Shown: piece by piece, positions 34,045 to 46,908 of the stretch
Numbering within the stretch: position 1 is the stretch's first letter
How the letters are laid out: every line of letters starts with the position of its first letter
Assembly: GCA_963749155.1 (NCBI GenBank)
Contig: CAVVLO010000001.1
Location: 918,452 to 982,451 of the forward strand
Length of the DNA: 64,000 nt
Origin: an uncultured Armatimonadia bacterium
GTDB lineage: Bacteria; Armatimonadota; Zipacnadia; CAVVLO01
Direction: 5' to 3'
Notes under the pieces: generated by a model
Databases searched by the model: none
Seen by the model: only the letters and a program-made list of their open reading frames with translations
Told to the model about the DNA's origin: nothing
Made by a program: the position numbers and the translations under genes

Positions 34045-35262
34045 ATGATGGAGGAGATAGTCGTGAGTATGCCAGTTCAACTGTGGGCGCCTAAGACGCC
34101 TACGAATCCGATCTTCCCAAGGGCACAGGCAGACTTGGAGGCAGCTTTCCGTTTGTGGCAGGGCGAGATACGAATCTATTTCCACGATTTTTGCGATCAG
34201 ACCAGGCGTTTCGTAACCGAAAAGACCGTGCAGGATGTAGGGCTCCCCCAGGCACTCGTTCCGGGCCAGGAATTGCGGATCTTGGACGTGGTGCACATTG
34301 ATGAGCAGCTAGGTGTATGGCCGCCAGTTGACATGGGGCCGGATGTTCCCGAACTGAACCGAGTCTCAGCGTCTCTGTACCAGCAATGGGCTGACTCTCG
34401 GCTACTCATTTTGAGAGGGAGAAAGAGTTTTCGTTGGAGGCTGCCTGCAGTGAGGAACGGAGAGCTGGCTTGGGAGGATTTCGATATCTCGATGCCGCCC
34501 GGACCCGTTGCGGACCTGATAGCAGAGGAGGGAGACGAAGGTCTCATCAAGATCCGTTTTGGTTCCGGACTGGCGGGACGCCCAACGGTTAGCCTCGAGC
34601 TCGAACAACTCGAGCAGCACGGGAACCTGCGATGGGAAGAAGACCATGAATTATCTGAGGAATGGGATGTTGTGGTGTCGCAAGATGCCCCCGACATACC
34701 CGCGATATACCTAACGCACAGATGGCCCAGCCCCTTCGATGTTATGTTCCCCTTTGTGGGACTCGACATACTGCATAGCTGGGGCACTATGCAAATAGCA
34801 CTTGAGAACATAAGAGAAGGTCGCACTGAACTGGCACTTAAAGCCGCCTGTGAGGTTGTAGAGTCGCGGACAGCCGAGGTAGGTGTAGAGTTATGCTACG
34901 CCTGGTTCTTGCCGAAGCTCTCGTTAAGTCCGCAGGAGGCGCTCATGGCACTAGAAAACCGCTTTGGGCTGGTATTCTCTACACTGGACAAGGTTTTCCA
35001 ATCGGCTGAAGCAATGCGGCTGTTGTCCACACCCATTCCAGTCAGAAGGGTGGTAGGCTGGGACGGTTACTTATGGTGGCGTTTGTATGAGGACCTGCAA
35101 TCAGGCATGGGATTCGGGGTTTGTCGTCGCTGCGGGCAACCGCTCATCGGTGTCACGAGCGCAAGGCGATTCTGCTCAAGAGCAGAAAACGAGGAGTGCT
35201 ACCTTGCCCGACGGGCTGCTTCGCAGAGGGAGCGCTATAAGAGAACGAGGAACCACACTTAA
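34045..35262 (+). CDS. Hypothetical protein with C-terminal CGNR-like zinc finger
   Basis: VCRRCGQPL...RRFCS...EC...RRAASQRERYKR pattern. Confidence 0.7.
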   Translation: MMEEIVVSMPVQLWAPKTPTNPIFPRAQADLEAAFRLWQGEIRIYFHDFCDQTRRFVTEKTVQDVGLPQALVPGQELRILDVVHIDEQLGVWPPVDMGPDVPELNRVSASLYQQWADSRLLILRGRKSFRWRLPAVRNGELAWEDFDISMPPGPVADLIAEEGDEGLIKIRFGSGLAGRPTVSLELEQLEQHGNLRWEEDHELSEEWDVVVSQDAPDIPAIYLTHRWPSPFDVMFPFVGLDILHSWGTMQIALENIREGRTELALKAACEVVESRTAEVGVELCYAWFLPKLSLSPQEALMALENRFGLVFSTLDKVFQSAEAMRLLSTPIPVRRVVGWDGYLWWRLYEDLQSGMGFGVCRRCGQPLIGVTSARRFCSRAENEECYLARRAASQRERYKRTRNHT

Positions 35263-35893
35263 CAGTTTGCGACAGCGCACCGGCGCTACCCCATTGTGGG
35301 GGTAGCCTGCAACCTGGCTTGAGGAGAACTCCCCCTTCCTATCTCTGAGCTAGCAAGGCGCTCTACAGCGCCGTTTACAGCGAGCAGGACACTGCCGTGT
35401 TGTATCCTACTTGATATCGCAAGGCTCCATGTACCGGGCGTTTTCAAGTCCTGCATCACCATCACCAACCTGAGTGTGGCATCGGTAGAAAACGCGACAA
35501 CGAAAACTGCGTTTTCTAAGCTGGTGGGGCTTGAAAGCTCCTCGGCCGCTCCCGAAGGCCGGGTTCGGTCTTCAGTTGGGGCGTCCTGGGCCAGCAGCGA
35601 TCGCTGACTTCGCTAGCAAAGTGGCGCTGCTTCGAATCGCACTGCTCCCAGCCATCGTGATGCAATACCTGGCGTAGCAGCCATAATGGCCTCCTCCATG
35701 TCCGCCTGGCGGATCGCTGGCGATCAGTCGGTCTCTGGATCCGGCCGCCCTCTTAGCTGCCCTGGCAGGATTTACGGCTGGCATAATGCTCACCTGTTGA
35801 TGTCACAGCTGCCAGTCAAGGGGCTCCGGGGGGCAGGCGACCTGGGCACCCGGACACTGAGGCCACGGGGGAGCTGTCTCGTTATCAGCAGGT

Positions 35894-38281
35894 ATGCACA
35901 GCCCTGCAACGAAACCAGCATTAGGACGACAGCCAGAACGTGTGCGACTTAAGGCGCACCGGGGAGGCCATCGGGTCGTGGCAAGGAGACGTCTGGGCAC
36001 TCAACCAAACCCCGCCAACCCCAAGAACTGGCTAACGGGCGCGAGCAAGACCATCGTGCTGTTGATGGTCTTCCTGGTGCCGCTTGCCATCTGGCCGGGC
36101 ACGGCGAACGCCAACGCCATCAAGGACCTGCTCTTCGGCCTCGGCTCGATCGCGCTTGCAGTCCTCCTGACGGTCCGCTTGATGCGCGGGGAGCGGCTCA
36201 GGCTGGGACGTTCGCCCCTGTTCCTGCCCCTTGCCTGCATGCTCGCCTGGGATGTCGTCTCGGGGCTGCTGTCAGGCTATCTGTACGCCAGTCTCACTGC
36301 CCTCGGCCACCTCGCCGGTTACGCGCTGCTCTATATCGCGGTCGTTGATCTGGCGGCCGAGAGAGGGCAACTGGGCCGGCTGCTGGCAGTGGTGATGAGC
36401 GCGTCACTGTTGACCTGCGTCTACGGGTTGCTCCAGCACTGGGGCATCGACTGGATTGAGTGGTACCCGAGGGAACTACGCCTGCTCTCCTCCTTCGGTA
36501 ATCCCACCTTCTTTGCGGCCTGGCTGGTACTGTTGCTTCCACTGGCGGTGGTGTTGCACGTGCAGGCGGAGACGAGGGCAGGGCGGCTCGCCGCCGGCAC
36601 GCTGGCCCTGCTGATGTATGTCTGCCTGCTCTTCACCTACACGCGGGCGGCGTGGCTTGGGCTGGCGCTGGGGCTCGTGGTTACTGGGCTTCTGCTCAGC
36701 CTGAAGCGAGCAACCACGGAAGAAACCGGGAAGGCGTGGTACCTGAGGATCGGCTGGCTGGCTTTCGCCTTCGCGGTGGCGACCCTTTGGACACTCGGCC
36801 ACAGTCCCGTGTCGATGTCCTCACGACTTGCCTCTTCGTTCCAGACGAACGAAGCCTCGAACGTGCAGCGCCTTGGTATCTGGCATGGGGCGCTTGCGAT
36901 GTTCAAGGCCCATCCCGTCACGGGCGCGGGCCTTGGCACCTTCGAGATCCACTTCCCCGAGTTCGAGTCGCCCGAGTTCTACTCGACCGGCGCCGCGACG
37001 ATGGTGGATCACGCCCACAACGAGTTCCTGGAGACCGCGGCCGAGACGGGCCTCATCGGGCTGGGGCTGCTCCTCTGGCTTGCAGTTGCCTGCGTCGTGA
37101 CGGCGGTGAGGGCGGCTCGCCTGGCCGAGGCCCGCTGGCGCTACCTTGCCAGCGGGGCGCTTGGCGGGCTTGTGGCGTTCATGGTGCAGAACCTGGCAGG
37201 CGTGACGCTAAGGTGGGTGTTCGGCGGCCTGTTCTTCTGGTTGCTGCTCGCGCTAGTTACGGTGGCAGAACAGCAGAGCCGGAGTAACCGCAGCGAAGCT
37301 CCTGGCACCTCAGTTATCACAGCCAGAGGGAACGCCTGGCCGGCCAGCCGGCTGGCAGCAGCGTCGGTAGTGATAGCCCTGGCCGCAGTCCTCGGCAGCG
37401 TAGCGGTGGTGCGCGCCTTCGCTGCTGGCTACCACCTGAAGCAGGGAAGACTACGCCAACGAACAGAGCGTGTGGGAGCTTGCCGGGACGCAGCTCACCG
37501 AGGCCCTCAGGCTGGATCCGTACTCGCTGGACGCCTACTACCAGCTGGGCCACGTGCTCAACATGACCGGCGATTATGAGGGGGCGCTCTCAGCATACCA
37601 GTCGCTTGGCCGCCTGGCGCCGAACTACGGGCGCCTGCACTTCAACCTGGGAGTCGTCTACTCGAACCTGGGCGATACCGCGCAGGCTGTGGCTGAGTAT
37701 AGGCGGGCCGTTGCGCTCGAGGACTCGCCCAGCGCTCACCTGGCGCTTGCCGAAGGTCTCATGGCCGAGGGGCAGGGCGAGGAGGCGCTCGAAGAGGCAG
37801 GCCTGGCGATCGCCAAGCTCGACAAGCAAGGTCCGGCCCCGGCGCTGATCCTGGGGACGCCTATCTGCGCCGGGGCAAGCTCAGATATGCCGAGAAGCAA
37901 TACGCGGGAGCTGAACAGGACTACCGCAAGTGTCTGGAGCTGACACCAGAGAGCAAGCTGGCCCGGTTCTACCTGGGCAACCTGTACCGAGCCCAGCGGC
38001 GATCCGCCGAGGCCCTTGCCCAGTACCAGAAGGCGCTGGAACTGGACCCCACTGACGCGCGAGTCCTCACGAACCTGGGCGCTGTGTACATCGACGAGGG
38101 CAAGTGGTCGGAGGCCGAGGTGCAGCTCCTAAAGGCCCTCAAGCTCTCCCCAAACGATGAAAGGGCGCGTTACAACCTGGCCCTCGTCTATCAGAAACAG
38201 GGCCTCGTCGCCAAGGCTCAAGCAGAACTGGACAAGCTGGGGCGCCCGGAGCTCTTGGATCAGCCGGATGGGCCTTCGTAA
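35894..38281 (+). CDS. O-antigen ligase (Wzy_C) family membrane protein with C-terminal TPRs (two frameshifts)
   Basis: SSFGNPTFFA, TYTRAAWLG, GAGLGTF, HAHNEFLE; TPR repeats in 37470-38281. Confidence 0.85.
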
Positions 38282-38393
38282 CGACCTTTGCACGAGTTCG
38301 AGTAGTCGACTCACGCCTGCCGCTCCCTTCTCCTCGCACTCACATCTAATACTTCCAGGATCTGCCATCGCCAGGCTAGTGGTACAACCGGGG

Positions 38394-38421
38394 TTGACAC
38401 CTCAGCGGACCGGTCTATAAT
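38394..38421 (+). promoter_or_regulatory. Consensus sigma-70 promoter of RHS operon copy 1
   Basis: TTGACA-16bp-TATAAT (17 bp in copy 2). Confidence 0.8.
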
Positions 38422-38524
38422 CGAAGGTAGTAACCTGTTGGTTTCCAGCACACACTTTGAATTACGTTGTAAAGACGCTGTTTGTAAAAGTAGGTGTTTC
38501 GTCCCAACCAAGGAGGAAGCCCCG

Positions 38525-39263
38525 ATGTCAGGCTCGAGACGCTGGGCAGCGTTTGCCCTGGTCACAGTGCTCCTTACGGTGGTCACGCTCCTCGTTCTGT
38601 GGTACCCGGTCCTCGCCGACGGGCTGAAGGACGCCCAGCAGGCCTCCTGCATCGCCAACCTCAAGAAGATCATCCTCGCAACCAGAATGTACTGCAGCGA
38701 CTGGGACGGCGCTTACCCCAACTCCGCCCTTACCGGCGCAAGCTACTCCGAGGCCTATGGCGGCGAGTTGCCGAAGAACATGCAGTTCGAGCGCCAGCGG
38801 AAGGGCTGGCCCGTGGCGCTGGCGCCTTACCTGGCCGACTCGCAGGTGCTGTGGTGTCCTGCTGACGGCGACCTCGCTGAGCACTGCCCCAGATGCCGAG
38901 GTGTCCTACTGGTTTCGCCACGCCCTGGACATCGGCCCTCTCTACCACTGGGGTCGGCCGCTCTCGGTGTCCGACATGGCCTTCGCCGATAGGCAGTTCC
39001 TCTTCTACGAGCATAGCGACTGGCACGGCGCGGGCGTTGGCCTTGGTACTGGCATCGCCGGTGCCGGCGGCCACGGGCCCGACCTCGACGGCATCACCTC
39101 GGTGACGATCAACTGCGCCTTCGCGGACGGCCACGCGGCCGCGCTCGAGCTTGGGCCCGGCCTCTCTTCCGCAGGCAAGACCATCGATGCCAACTGGTTC
39201 ACCTCGACCACTGACCCCTCCGACCCAACGGCCCTGTGGAACCCGAAGATCAGCCTCGACTAG
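38525..39263 (+). CDS. DUF1559 / H-X9-DG-type prepilin-like protein, copy 1 (frameshift near 38870)
   Basis: TM + AQQASCIANLKKIILATRMYCSDWD, LWCPAD, NCAFADGH. Confidence 0.8.
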
Positions 39264-39314
39264 CGGGCGTTGGTAGACGCATCGAGGAAGGCGCGAATAG
39301 CCGTGCGGGGGTGG

Positions 39315-40768
39315 ATGGCAATGAGGAAGACAGCAGTTGGCCTGCTGGCACTGAGTCTGACTATGATGCTGGTTGCCGGGATGAGCGCCGTTGCTGGCGC
39401 GGCACCCGAGGGGCTCCAGGAGGCCATCGCCTTGCTGGGGCAGGGGCGGTACCAAGAGGCCCAGGCGGCTTGCGAGGGGCAGTTCTTGCAAGGGCCGGCC
39501 GGGGAAGCGGCTGCCCGGCTCGTGCTTGCGGAGATCTGGGCCGCCCAGGGCCAGTTCGACAGCGCGGTAGAGCAGGCCTCGAAGGCACACGACCTCGCAA
39601 GCGGTCTGCAGCCGGCAGACGCGGCGCTTACCGCCCAGGCCGAAGCCGCGATGGCGCGGCATAGCGGCGATGCAGCAGACCTTCGACGACCGGGTCGCCA
39701 AGCTTCAGGCGGATGTGGCCGCAGGGGCTGGCACGCCCAAGGGCTGGCAGGCCCAGCTTGCGCTGGGTGACACCTTCACGCTCAACGGACACTTCGATGA
39801 CGCCCTCGAACAGTATGGAACTCTCTCTCAGGCAACGCCAATCAGCATTTGGGCTGAGCGAGCCGCTGCCAGGATGGGGCTGGTCTACGACGCCACCGGC
39901 AAGCCTGACGAGGCGCGCCAGGCCTACCTGCTGTGCGGACTCGCTGGGCGGGCAGTTGCGCTACGAGGCAGTGGGCAAGGCCCAGGTTGCCCAGTATCAG
40001 GCGACCCTCGCCGCGAGCCCGGGCGACGACGAGGCGGCCGAGGTACGCTACAAGATTGCCTGCATATACGCCCAGTACCTGATGTACGATCAGGCTATCG
40101 CGGAGCTGGTCGGCCTCATCGACACGTACCCCACCAGCAAGCCGGCCGCCAAGGGCCTGTCCCTGCTCACCACGCTCTTCATCCAGTCAGAGCGCCCCGA
40201 CGAGGCGGTCGAGGTGCTGGTGCCACTGGTCGATGACCACTACGCGGACGACTCAGCCGTGCTCGTGGGGTTGTGCGGGGTATACCGGCGCGCCGGTGGC
40301 ACCACCGATGCGGAAAGCACAGCCAAGGGCGTGCTGAGAGACTACCCCGACAGCGAGCAGGTCGCTGGGGCTGTCACCGAGTTGAAGGCGACCTACGAGG
40401 CCGCTGGGAACACCCCAGAGGCAACAGCAGGCAAGCTCAGAGCCTTACCGAGTGCCTACCCAGGCCCCGAGGTCGGCCCTGCAGTGGACGAGGGGATCGA
40501 GCAGCTCGCCTCAGCCTACTACTACCAGGGCACGGGCCTGGCCGCCGAGGACAAGTACGCCGAGGCCTTGGCTCTATTCGACAAGGCCCTCGCCCTGAGG
40601 CCGCCGGCCGACACTGGCCCCAAGGCGGCCTATCAGAAGGCCATCTGCTACCACGCCCTGGGTGACGACCCCCAGGCCATCGCGGCCTTCAAGGCAGTGA
40701 TCCAGGAGTACCCGGATGCTTATCTGGCCATCAGGGCTGCGAACTGGATCGCGCGGCTCGGGGGCTAG
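39315..40768 (+). CDS. Exported TPR protein, copy 1 (two frameshifts)
   Basis: Signal peptide plus TPR/YbgF-like repeats (AAYQKAICY...AFKAVIQEYPD); intact in copy 2. Confidence 0.85.
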
Positions 40769-40783
40769 TGAGGCAGGAGCAAT

Positions 40784-41715
40784 ATGGAGCGGTCTACTCC
40801 TCCAGTCTGGATGGTTGCAGCAGTTGTGGTCGGCGTGCTGGTCGGCGCGGCGGCGCTCTGGCATCTGCTCGCAGGTCCGAGTGCGGGCGGGAGCCATTCC
40901 GCTGCATCGCTCTCTGATTCCACCGAGTCCGCCCCCTCTCCCGTGGCCCGGGGCCTGTACGACGAGGCCTATGCGGCAGCCGGGAAGGGGGATATACGAG
41001 GGCTGCGGAGCGCTTCTCGCAGCTGCTGGCGAAGTGTCCCAATGACCCGCTGGCCGATGATGCCCAGTACCAGCGCGGCATCTGCTTCTTCGCCCAGAGG
41101 GACTACGCCGATGCCGAGCGCGAGTTCCGGGAGCTGCAGCAGCGCTTCCCCGACAGCTACCTCAGCGAGAAGGCTGAGGACTGGATCGCCAAGGCCCGGG
41201 TCAAGCAGGGCGGCGGGACCACGAAGGTAACAGACGCTCCGGGTTCCGCTACGAGGCCTGTCGAAGAGGCCATCAGCGACGTCACGGGGGCAGGCGAGCG
41301 CAAGCTGGAGCCGCTCATCTACGAGGAGACGCGACCTGCGCCGCGGGTGGGGATGTGTGGGCCGGACGCACTGGCGATCATCTGCAAACAACTTGGAGAG
41401 GCAACTACGCCCGAAGAACTAGCCCGCCTCGCCAGCACCGACCGCACAGGCACCTCGCTGGCGGGTCTTGCGAAAGCGGCCAAGGCCAAGGGACTGGCGG
41501 CCGAGGGGCTCCAGGTGAACTACGAGTACCTGCGCAAGATGCCAAAGCCCGTGCTTGCCTGGGTGGGCGGCAATCACTACGTAGTGGTGACGGCGGCGAG
41601 CAGGGATGCGGTTGAGTTGAACGATCCCGCAAAGGGACGCTACGCACTTGCAGTTGGCCCGTTTGAGCGGATATGGGACGGCTACGTGCTGGCCGTCAGC
41701 CTCAGAGAACAGTAG
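40784..41715 (+). CDS. Membrane-anchored TPR + C39 cysteine peptidase, copy 1 (frameshift near 41030)
   Basis: N-terminal TM, TPR, then CGPDAL, GTSLAGL, NHYVVV, NDPAKG, FERIWDGYVL. Confidence 0.85.
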
Positions 41716-41738
41716 CGCAGGACGCAGGGAGGCAGCAG

Positions 41739-44700
41739 ATGAGCAGGCTGGCGGGCAGCAGGTTAGGGCAGATAGCGAGCTATGTGGCGGCGTTCTGTTG
41801 CGCATGGCTGATCTGCCTGGGCGACTGGGCACAGTTGGCGGGAGCCCAGGCGGCCAGTCGGCCTGGCGCTGCCCCGGCGGTTGCCAGTATGCGCGTGCTC
41901 GCGCCCGGCGAGCTAACGAGCATCAGCGGGCAGACTACCAACTCGTGCTTGGTGCAGGGGGTGCCTGACCCCTGCGTCGTCGCGATGAGGAACGCGTCCG
42001 AAATTATGTCGGGCTCCTGCCGGCCTGGTGTTAGCTGCGATCGACTGGCCCGGGTGGTGTGTGCTGCCTCGCCGGGAGGCCAGGCCAGCGCCTCTCAGTT
42101 GGTTGGCAAGAGCAGCAACAGCCTGGGTCCGCACGTGGACCTGGAGCTGTATCACAGCAGCCGCAACATCGGCTCGACGGGCTTCTTCGGGCGGGTGTGG
42201 GCCTCGACCTGGGACCAGCACGTCTCGGAGGCGCCAGGCGGCAACGTGACGGTCTTCCGCAAGGACCACACGCTCGATGAGTTCACCAGGAACGTGGACG
42301 GCTCCTACACCGCCCCTCCCGGCGTGCACGATGTGCTGGTGAAGCACACCGCTACCGATGGCAGCTTCACGCTGACGCTGGTGGACGGCACCGAGCAGCA
42401 CTTCTACCCCCTTGGGGGCACAACCTCCGGTCGGCTGGACACCGTGACGGACCGCAACGGCAACACCGTGACCTGCGGCTACGAGGGCACCGGGAAGGTC
42501 ACGACAGTCACCGACGCGGCCGGGCGCATCACCACCTTCGCCTACGATGGCTCCGGGCGCGTCGAGAGCGCAACCAACCCGGCCCTGGAGATAACCACTT
42601 TCACTTACGATGCAAATAGCGACCTGCAGACGGTGACGTTGCCCACCGGGGCAATAACGACCTATACCTACGATGCCAACCACCGCATCAGCCAGCTCAC
42701 CGACCCCAACGGCCGAGTGACCACCTTCAGCTACGACGGGGATGGACGCACGACGGGGGTGACCGATCCCCTTGGCTACCGCAGCACCGTTACCTATAAC
42801 GGCATCTACTGCAGCTGGACGGATCCGCTCGGGCAGCTCACGACCTACACCTACGACGGGACGGACCAGTTCGCCAAGCTCATCGCCTCCGAGGACCCGA
42901 CTGGCCGGACCGTGAGCTACACCTACAACAGCGACCGGGCGCGGACGGAGGTCACCGACCCGCTGGGCAACATCACGACCTTCACCTACGACTCGGATGG
43001 CAATCGCACCAGCTCAACCAACCCGCTGGGCAAGACCACTTATTACACCTGGGACTCGGACCACCACCTCACCACCGTGACCGATCCGCTGGGCAACACC
43101 ACCACCTACACCTACGAGGGGAGCGGCAACCTGGAGACGGTCACCGATCCCCTCGCTAGCGAAACAGGCTTCACCTACACGGCCGAGGGGCTACCGGAGA
43201 CGGTTACCGACCCGCTGGCTGGCGTCACGACCTTCACCTATGACGCTGACGGGAACCTGGCGACGGTGAGGGACGCGCTCGGCAACCTCACCACTCATAC
43301 CTATGATGCGATTGGGAACAGGCTGACGACAACCGATGCCCTGAACCATACGACCACCTTCACCTACGATGCCATCGACAGGCTCATCCAGACGACCTTC
43401 CCCGATGGCAACAGCCGCACGGTCACTTACCAGGGGAGCCTTCAGATCCAAAGCACCGATGAAGAGGGCCGCATCACCACCAACACCTTCGACACGGGCG
43501 GCCGGCTGATCGGGGTAACGCTTGCGACCGGGGCGATGACGACTTACGTCTACGACGCCCTGAACCGGCTCGCTAGCGGTGACCGATGCCGAGGGCGTTG
43601 CGCCTGCGGCTGACTACAGCGTGGCCGGCGCCGGCACCAGCGCCTTCAACGGGGACTATTCCGAGGACGGCACTTACAACGGCAAGCCGGCCTACAAGCT
43701 GGACAACAGCCATTACCTCATCTGGCAGACCCGGGCGTTGCCGCCGGCCTCGGAGCGCTGGGAGCTGCAGACCCAGAAGGGCGGGGGCACCTGCTACTAT
43801 TATGGGACAGGCCCCGATCTTCCAGCCGGCGCCTGGACGGCCTCCAGCGGCACGCCGCCAGCGCCTACGGTGAGCGCGGCTCTACCCAACCCACACCACC
43901 ACCTACACCTACGATGCGGCCGGGCGCCAGCTGACGGCCACCGACCCCTGGGCAACACCACGACCAACTCCTACGATGACGCGGGCCGGCTGCTGACCCG
44001 GACCGACCCGCGGGGGAACCTGGTCACCTACAGCTACGATGATACGAGTCAGCTTACGGGGTGGACTACCCGACGGGCACCGACCTGGCTTTCACCTACG
44101 ATGATGCAGGGCGGCGAATCGACGTCCACGACGCCTCAGGCTACACGACCTATACTTACGATGCCCTCGGCCGGACGACCGTCGTCACCACGCCTGGGCC
44201 AGAGCGGGCCACCTATGCCTACGATACCCTCGGCAACCGCACCGAGTTCACTGACCAGGACGGGGGCCTCACCACTTACTCCTACGATGCCCTGGGGCGG
44301 CTCGAGGCGCTCACCAACCCCAGCAGCGAGGAGACGAGCTTCGAGTACGATGATATCGGCAACAGGACTCGCCTGACTCACGCTAGCGGCGCCTATACGA
44401 CCTACACCTACACCTCGCGCAACTGGCTGGAGGAGCTCTCGAACCGCAAGTCGGATGAGACGGTGCTCTCCAGCTTCGCCTATGACCACGACGACTGCGG
44501 CAACCGGACCGAGATGACCGAGGCCACGGGCGACGTCACCACCTATGCTTACGACTGCCCTCTACGAGCTGACCGGGCAGACCAAGCGCAACTCGGGGGA
44601 TGTAGTACAATATAGTTATAGCTACACTTATGACGACATCGGCAACAGGCTGACTCTTACCGACCAGGGGAGCGCGGTGACGACCTCCACTTACAACGCG

Positions 44701-45816
44701 GGCGGGCAGTTGATCGGGACGGACGCCTCTGGGACGCTGACGACCTACACCTACGATGCCTCGGGCAATCTCGCCGCCGAGGTCACGAGCGCCGGGACGC
44801 GCTCCTACACCTGGGACTACGACGACCGGCTGACCGACATCGAGTACCCGGACTCCTCCGAGACCAACTACACCTACAACTCCGCCGGGCAGCGGCTGAC
44901 GAGGGTGGAGGGCGGGACAACGACCAAGTTCGTCTACGATGGGGCGAAGGTAGTGCTCGAGCGCGACGGCGACGACGAGACCGAGGTGCGCTACACCCAC
45001 GAGGGCGGCTCGCTCTACAGCGACCTCCTCAGCCAGCGGCGCGATGGGGCAAGCTACGACTACCTGCTCGACGGGCTGGCGAGCGTGAAGCAGATGGTAG
45101 ACAGCTCCGAGGCCGTCGAGAACAGCTACAGCTACGAGGCCTTCGGGCAGGCGACGGTCGGCCAGAGCGACGTCGCCAACCCTTACCTCTTCGTTGGCGG
45201 CTACGGCGTCCAGTGGGAGAGCACCCCGAGCCTCTACTTTATGCAGGCCAGATACTACGGCCCGAGCGTCGGCCGCTTCATCTCGGAGGACCCCTACGGC
45301 GGCTCGCCGCAGGACCCGATGAGCCTGCACAGGTACCTGTACTGCGCCAATGGGCCGGTGAGCAGGACTGATGTAGCAGGAGCTGACGGCTGGCGCTTCT
45401 GGACCTACGCGGCCGGAGCACCGCTGGTACTGGTCATCAGGCTCAGGGCGCATGGGATCGCGGATACTGGCGCGCACAGTTCGACGTACTGGGCCGAGAT
45501 CTCGCGACTGGACTTGGACCATCCGGATGCACGTGCGATCCGAAGCTGCTCATGCGTGCAGGTGCTGGTTAGCCTGACGTCTCCGTGACTGACGGCCGCG
45601 TGCCGGGTGTGGTGGAACGTCGTGATCGAACTCCACAGCATCCGGTCTCGGGAGCGTAACCTGCAGCTCCAGGTGCTCCTGCCGTGGGCACTGCCGAGGC
45701 TGGCAGCGTCGCGGACGGCAGAGGTGCGTCGACATCTGAGCCGCGCCGGTGACGCTGCTGATAGCGGTCTTTGTCATCCGGGCTGCGATGACGACGTGCA
45801 GGGACTGGCGGACTGA
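41739..45816 (+). CDS. RHS/YD-repeat polymorphic toxin, copy 1, carrying tip B (several frameshifts; tip region corrupted)
   Basis: Signal peptide, DUF6531-like segment, YD repeats, core ARYYGPSVGRFISEDP...NGPVSRTDVAG; tip aligns with 49728-50150. Confidence 0.85.
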
Positions 45817-46908
45817 TGGCCGTAGCAGTAGACGATGGTGGGTGGAGACGCTGCGGTGTGGCAAGCGTAGCTCGGACGCGACAGGTGGCCAACCGCAGTC
45901 GCGCTCACGGCCTGGCGTTCGCGCGTGTCCTCGGCTCGATGGCACGGCAGGAGCAGTCGTTCTACTGGAATCGCGGCCCTGGGCTTGGGGAACGCCGAAC
46001 GGGAGGGCTCTCGCTCTGCGTCTGGGCTTGCTCGCTGACGGCGGCCGTTCCGCTCTCGACGGGCGATCCCGGCTGAAGCCGCGGGTATTGTCTCGGACGC
46101 CTACTCGCCGGCGTTGCTCTGCTACGGTCGGTGCTGATGGCGCTGGGCCTGTCCGACGCATGGTACCAGGCGTGATGGCGCTCTTCCCGTTCCGACCGAC
46201 TGGAACGCCAGCGCCTGAACCTGTCTACGCTGGTGGCACGGCGGGTGCTAGTGGTTGCGGTTTTGCTCATCGCAGCATCGCCCGGCCGATCCGCTCGGTA
46301 CGGCTTGGACAGTGGCTTCGCGAGCAGCGCTGGTGACATGCGGCGTGTTTCTCATCCGTTTCTGGGTCTGGGGCGAACCGGAGTGACACTGCGTCACGCT
46401 ACACCGAGACCTACACCTACACCTCGCGCAACTGGCTGGAGGAGCTCTCGAACCGCAAGTCGGATGAGACGGTGCTCTCCAGCTTCGCCTACGACCACGA
46501 CGACTGCGGCAACCGGACTCAAATGACCGAGGCCACCGGCGACGTCACCACCTACGCCTACGATGCCCTCTACGAGCTGACCGGCCAGACGAAGCGCAAC
46601 TCGGGGGATGTAGTACAATACAGTTATAGCTACACTTACGATGACATCGGCAATCGGCTGACTCTTACCGACCAGGGGAGCGCGGTGACGACCTCCACTT
46701 ACAACGCCGGCGGGCAGTTGACCGGGACGGATGCCTCCGGGACGCTGACCACCTACACCTACGATGCCTCGGGCAATCTCCAGGCCGAGGTCACGAGCGC
46801 CGGGACGCGCTCCTACACCTGGGACTACGACGACCGGCTGACCGACATCGAGTACCCGGACTCTTCCGAGACCAACTACACCTACAACTCCGCCGGGCAG
46901 CGGCTGAC
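45079..46908 (+). repeat. Inverted repeat of 48627-50450 (core + tip B + immunity B + orphan RHS fragment)
   Basis: Manual alignment; indel-rich between about 45390 and 46320. Confidence 0.85.
45816..46386 (+). pseudogene. Indel-ridden copy of immunity gene B (decay or sequencing error)
   Basis: Aligns to the reverse complement of 49150-49728 with many indels. Confidence 0.65.

Larger units (their letters stand above)
38336..45190 (+). repeat. Left arm of ~6.9-kb inverted repeat (partner 53640-60495)
   Basis: Near-identical ORFs on opposite strands; outer boundary CGCACT(C/T)ACATCTAATACTTCCAGG, inner boundary in the RHS core at ANPYL. Confidence 0.92.

Noticed and set aside
35300..35460. 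Weak similarity to 60620-60790 (GCGCyGTTTACAG, TGCAACCTGG)
   Set aside because: Matches are short and not collinear; cannot be distinguished from chance.
42440..45000. Periodic ACCTACACCTAC/ACCGACCC repeats as a CRISPR array or DNA repeat element
   Set aside because: They are the coding pattern of YD repeats; no fixed repeat-spacer structure and no cas genes.
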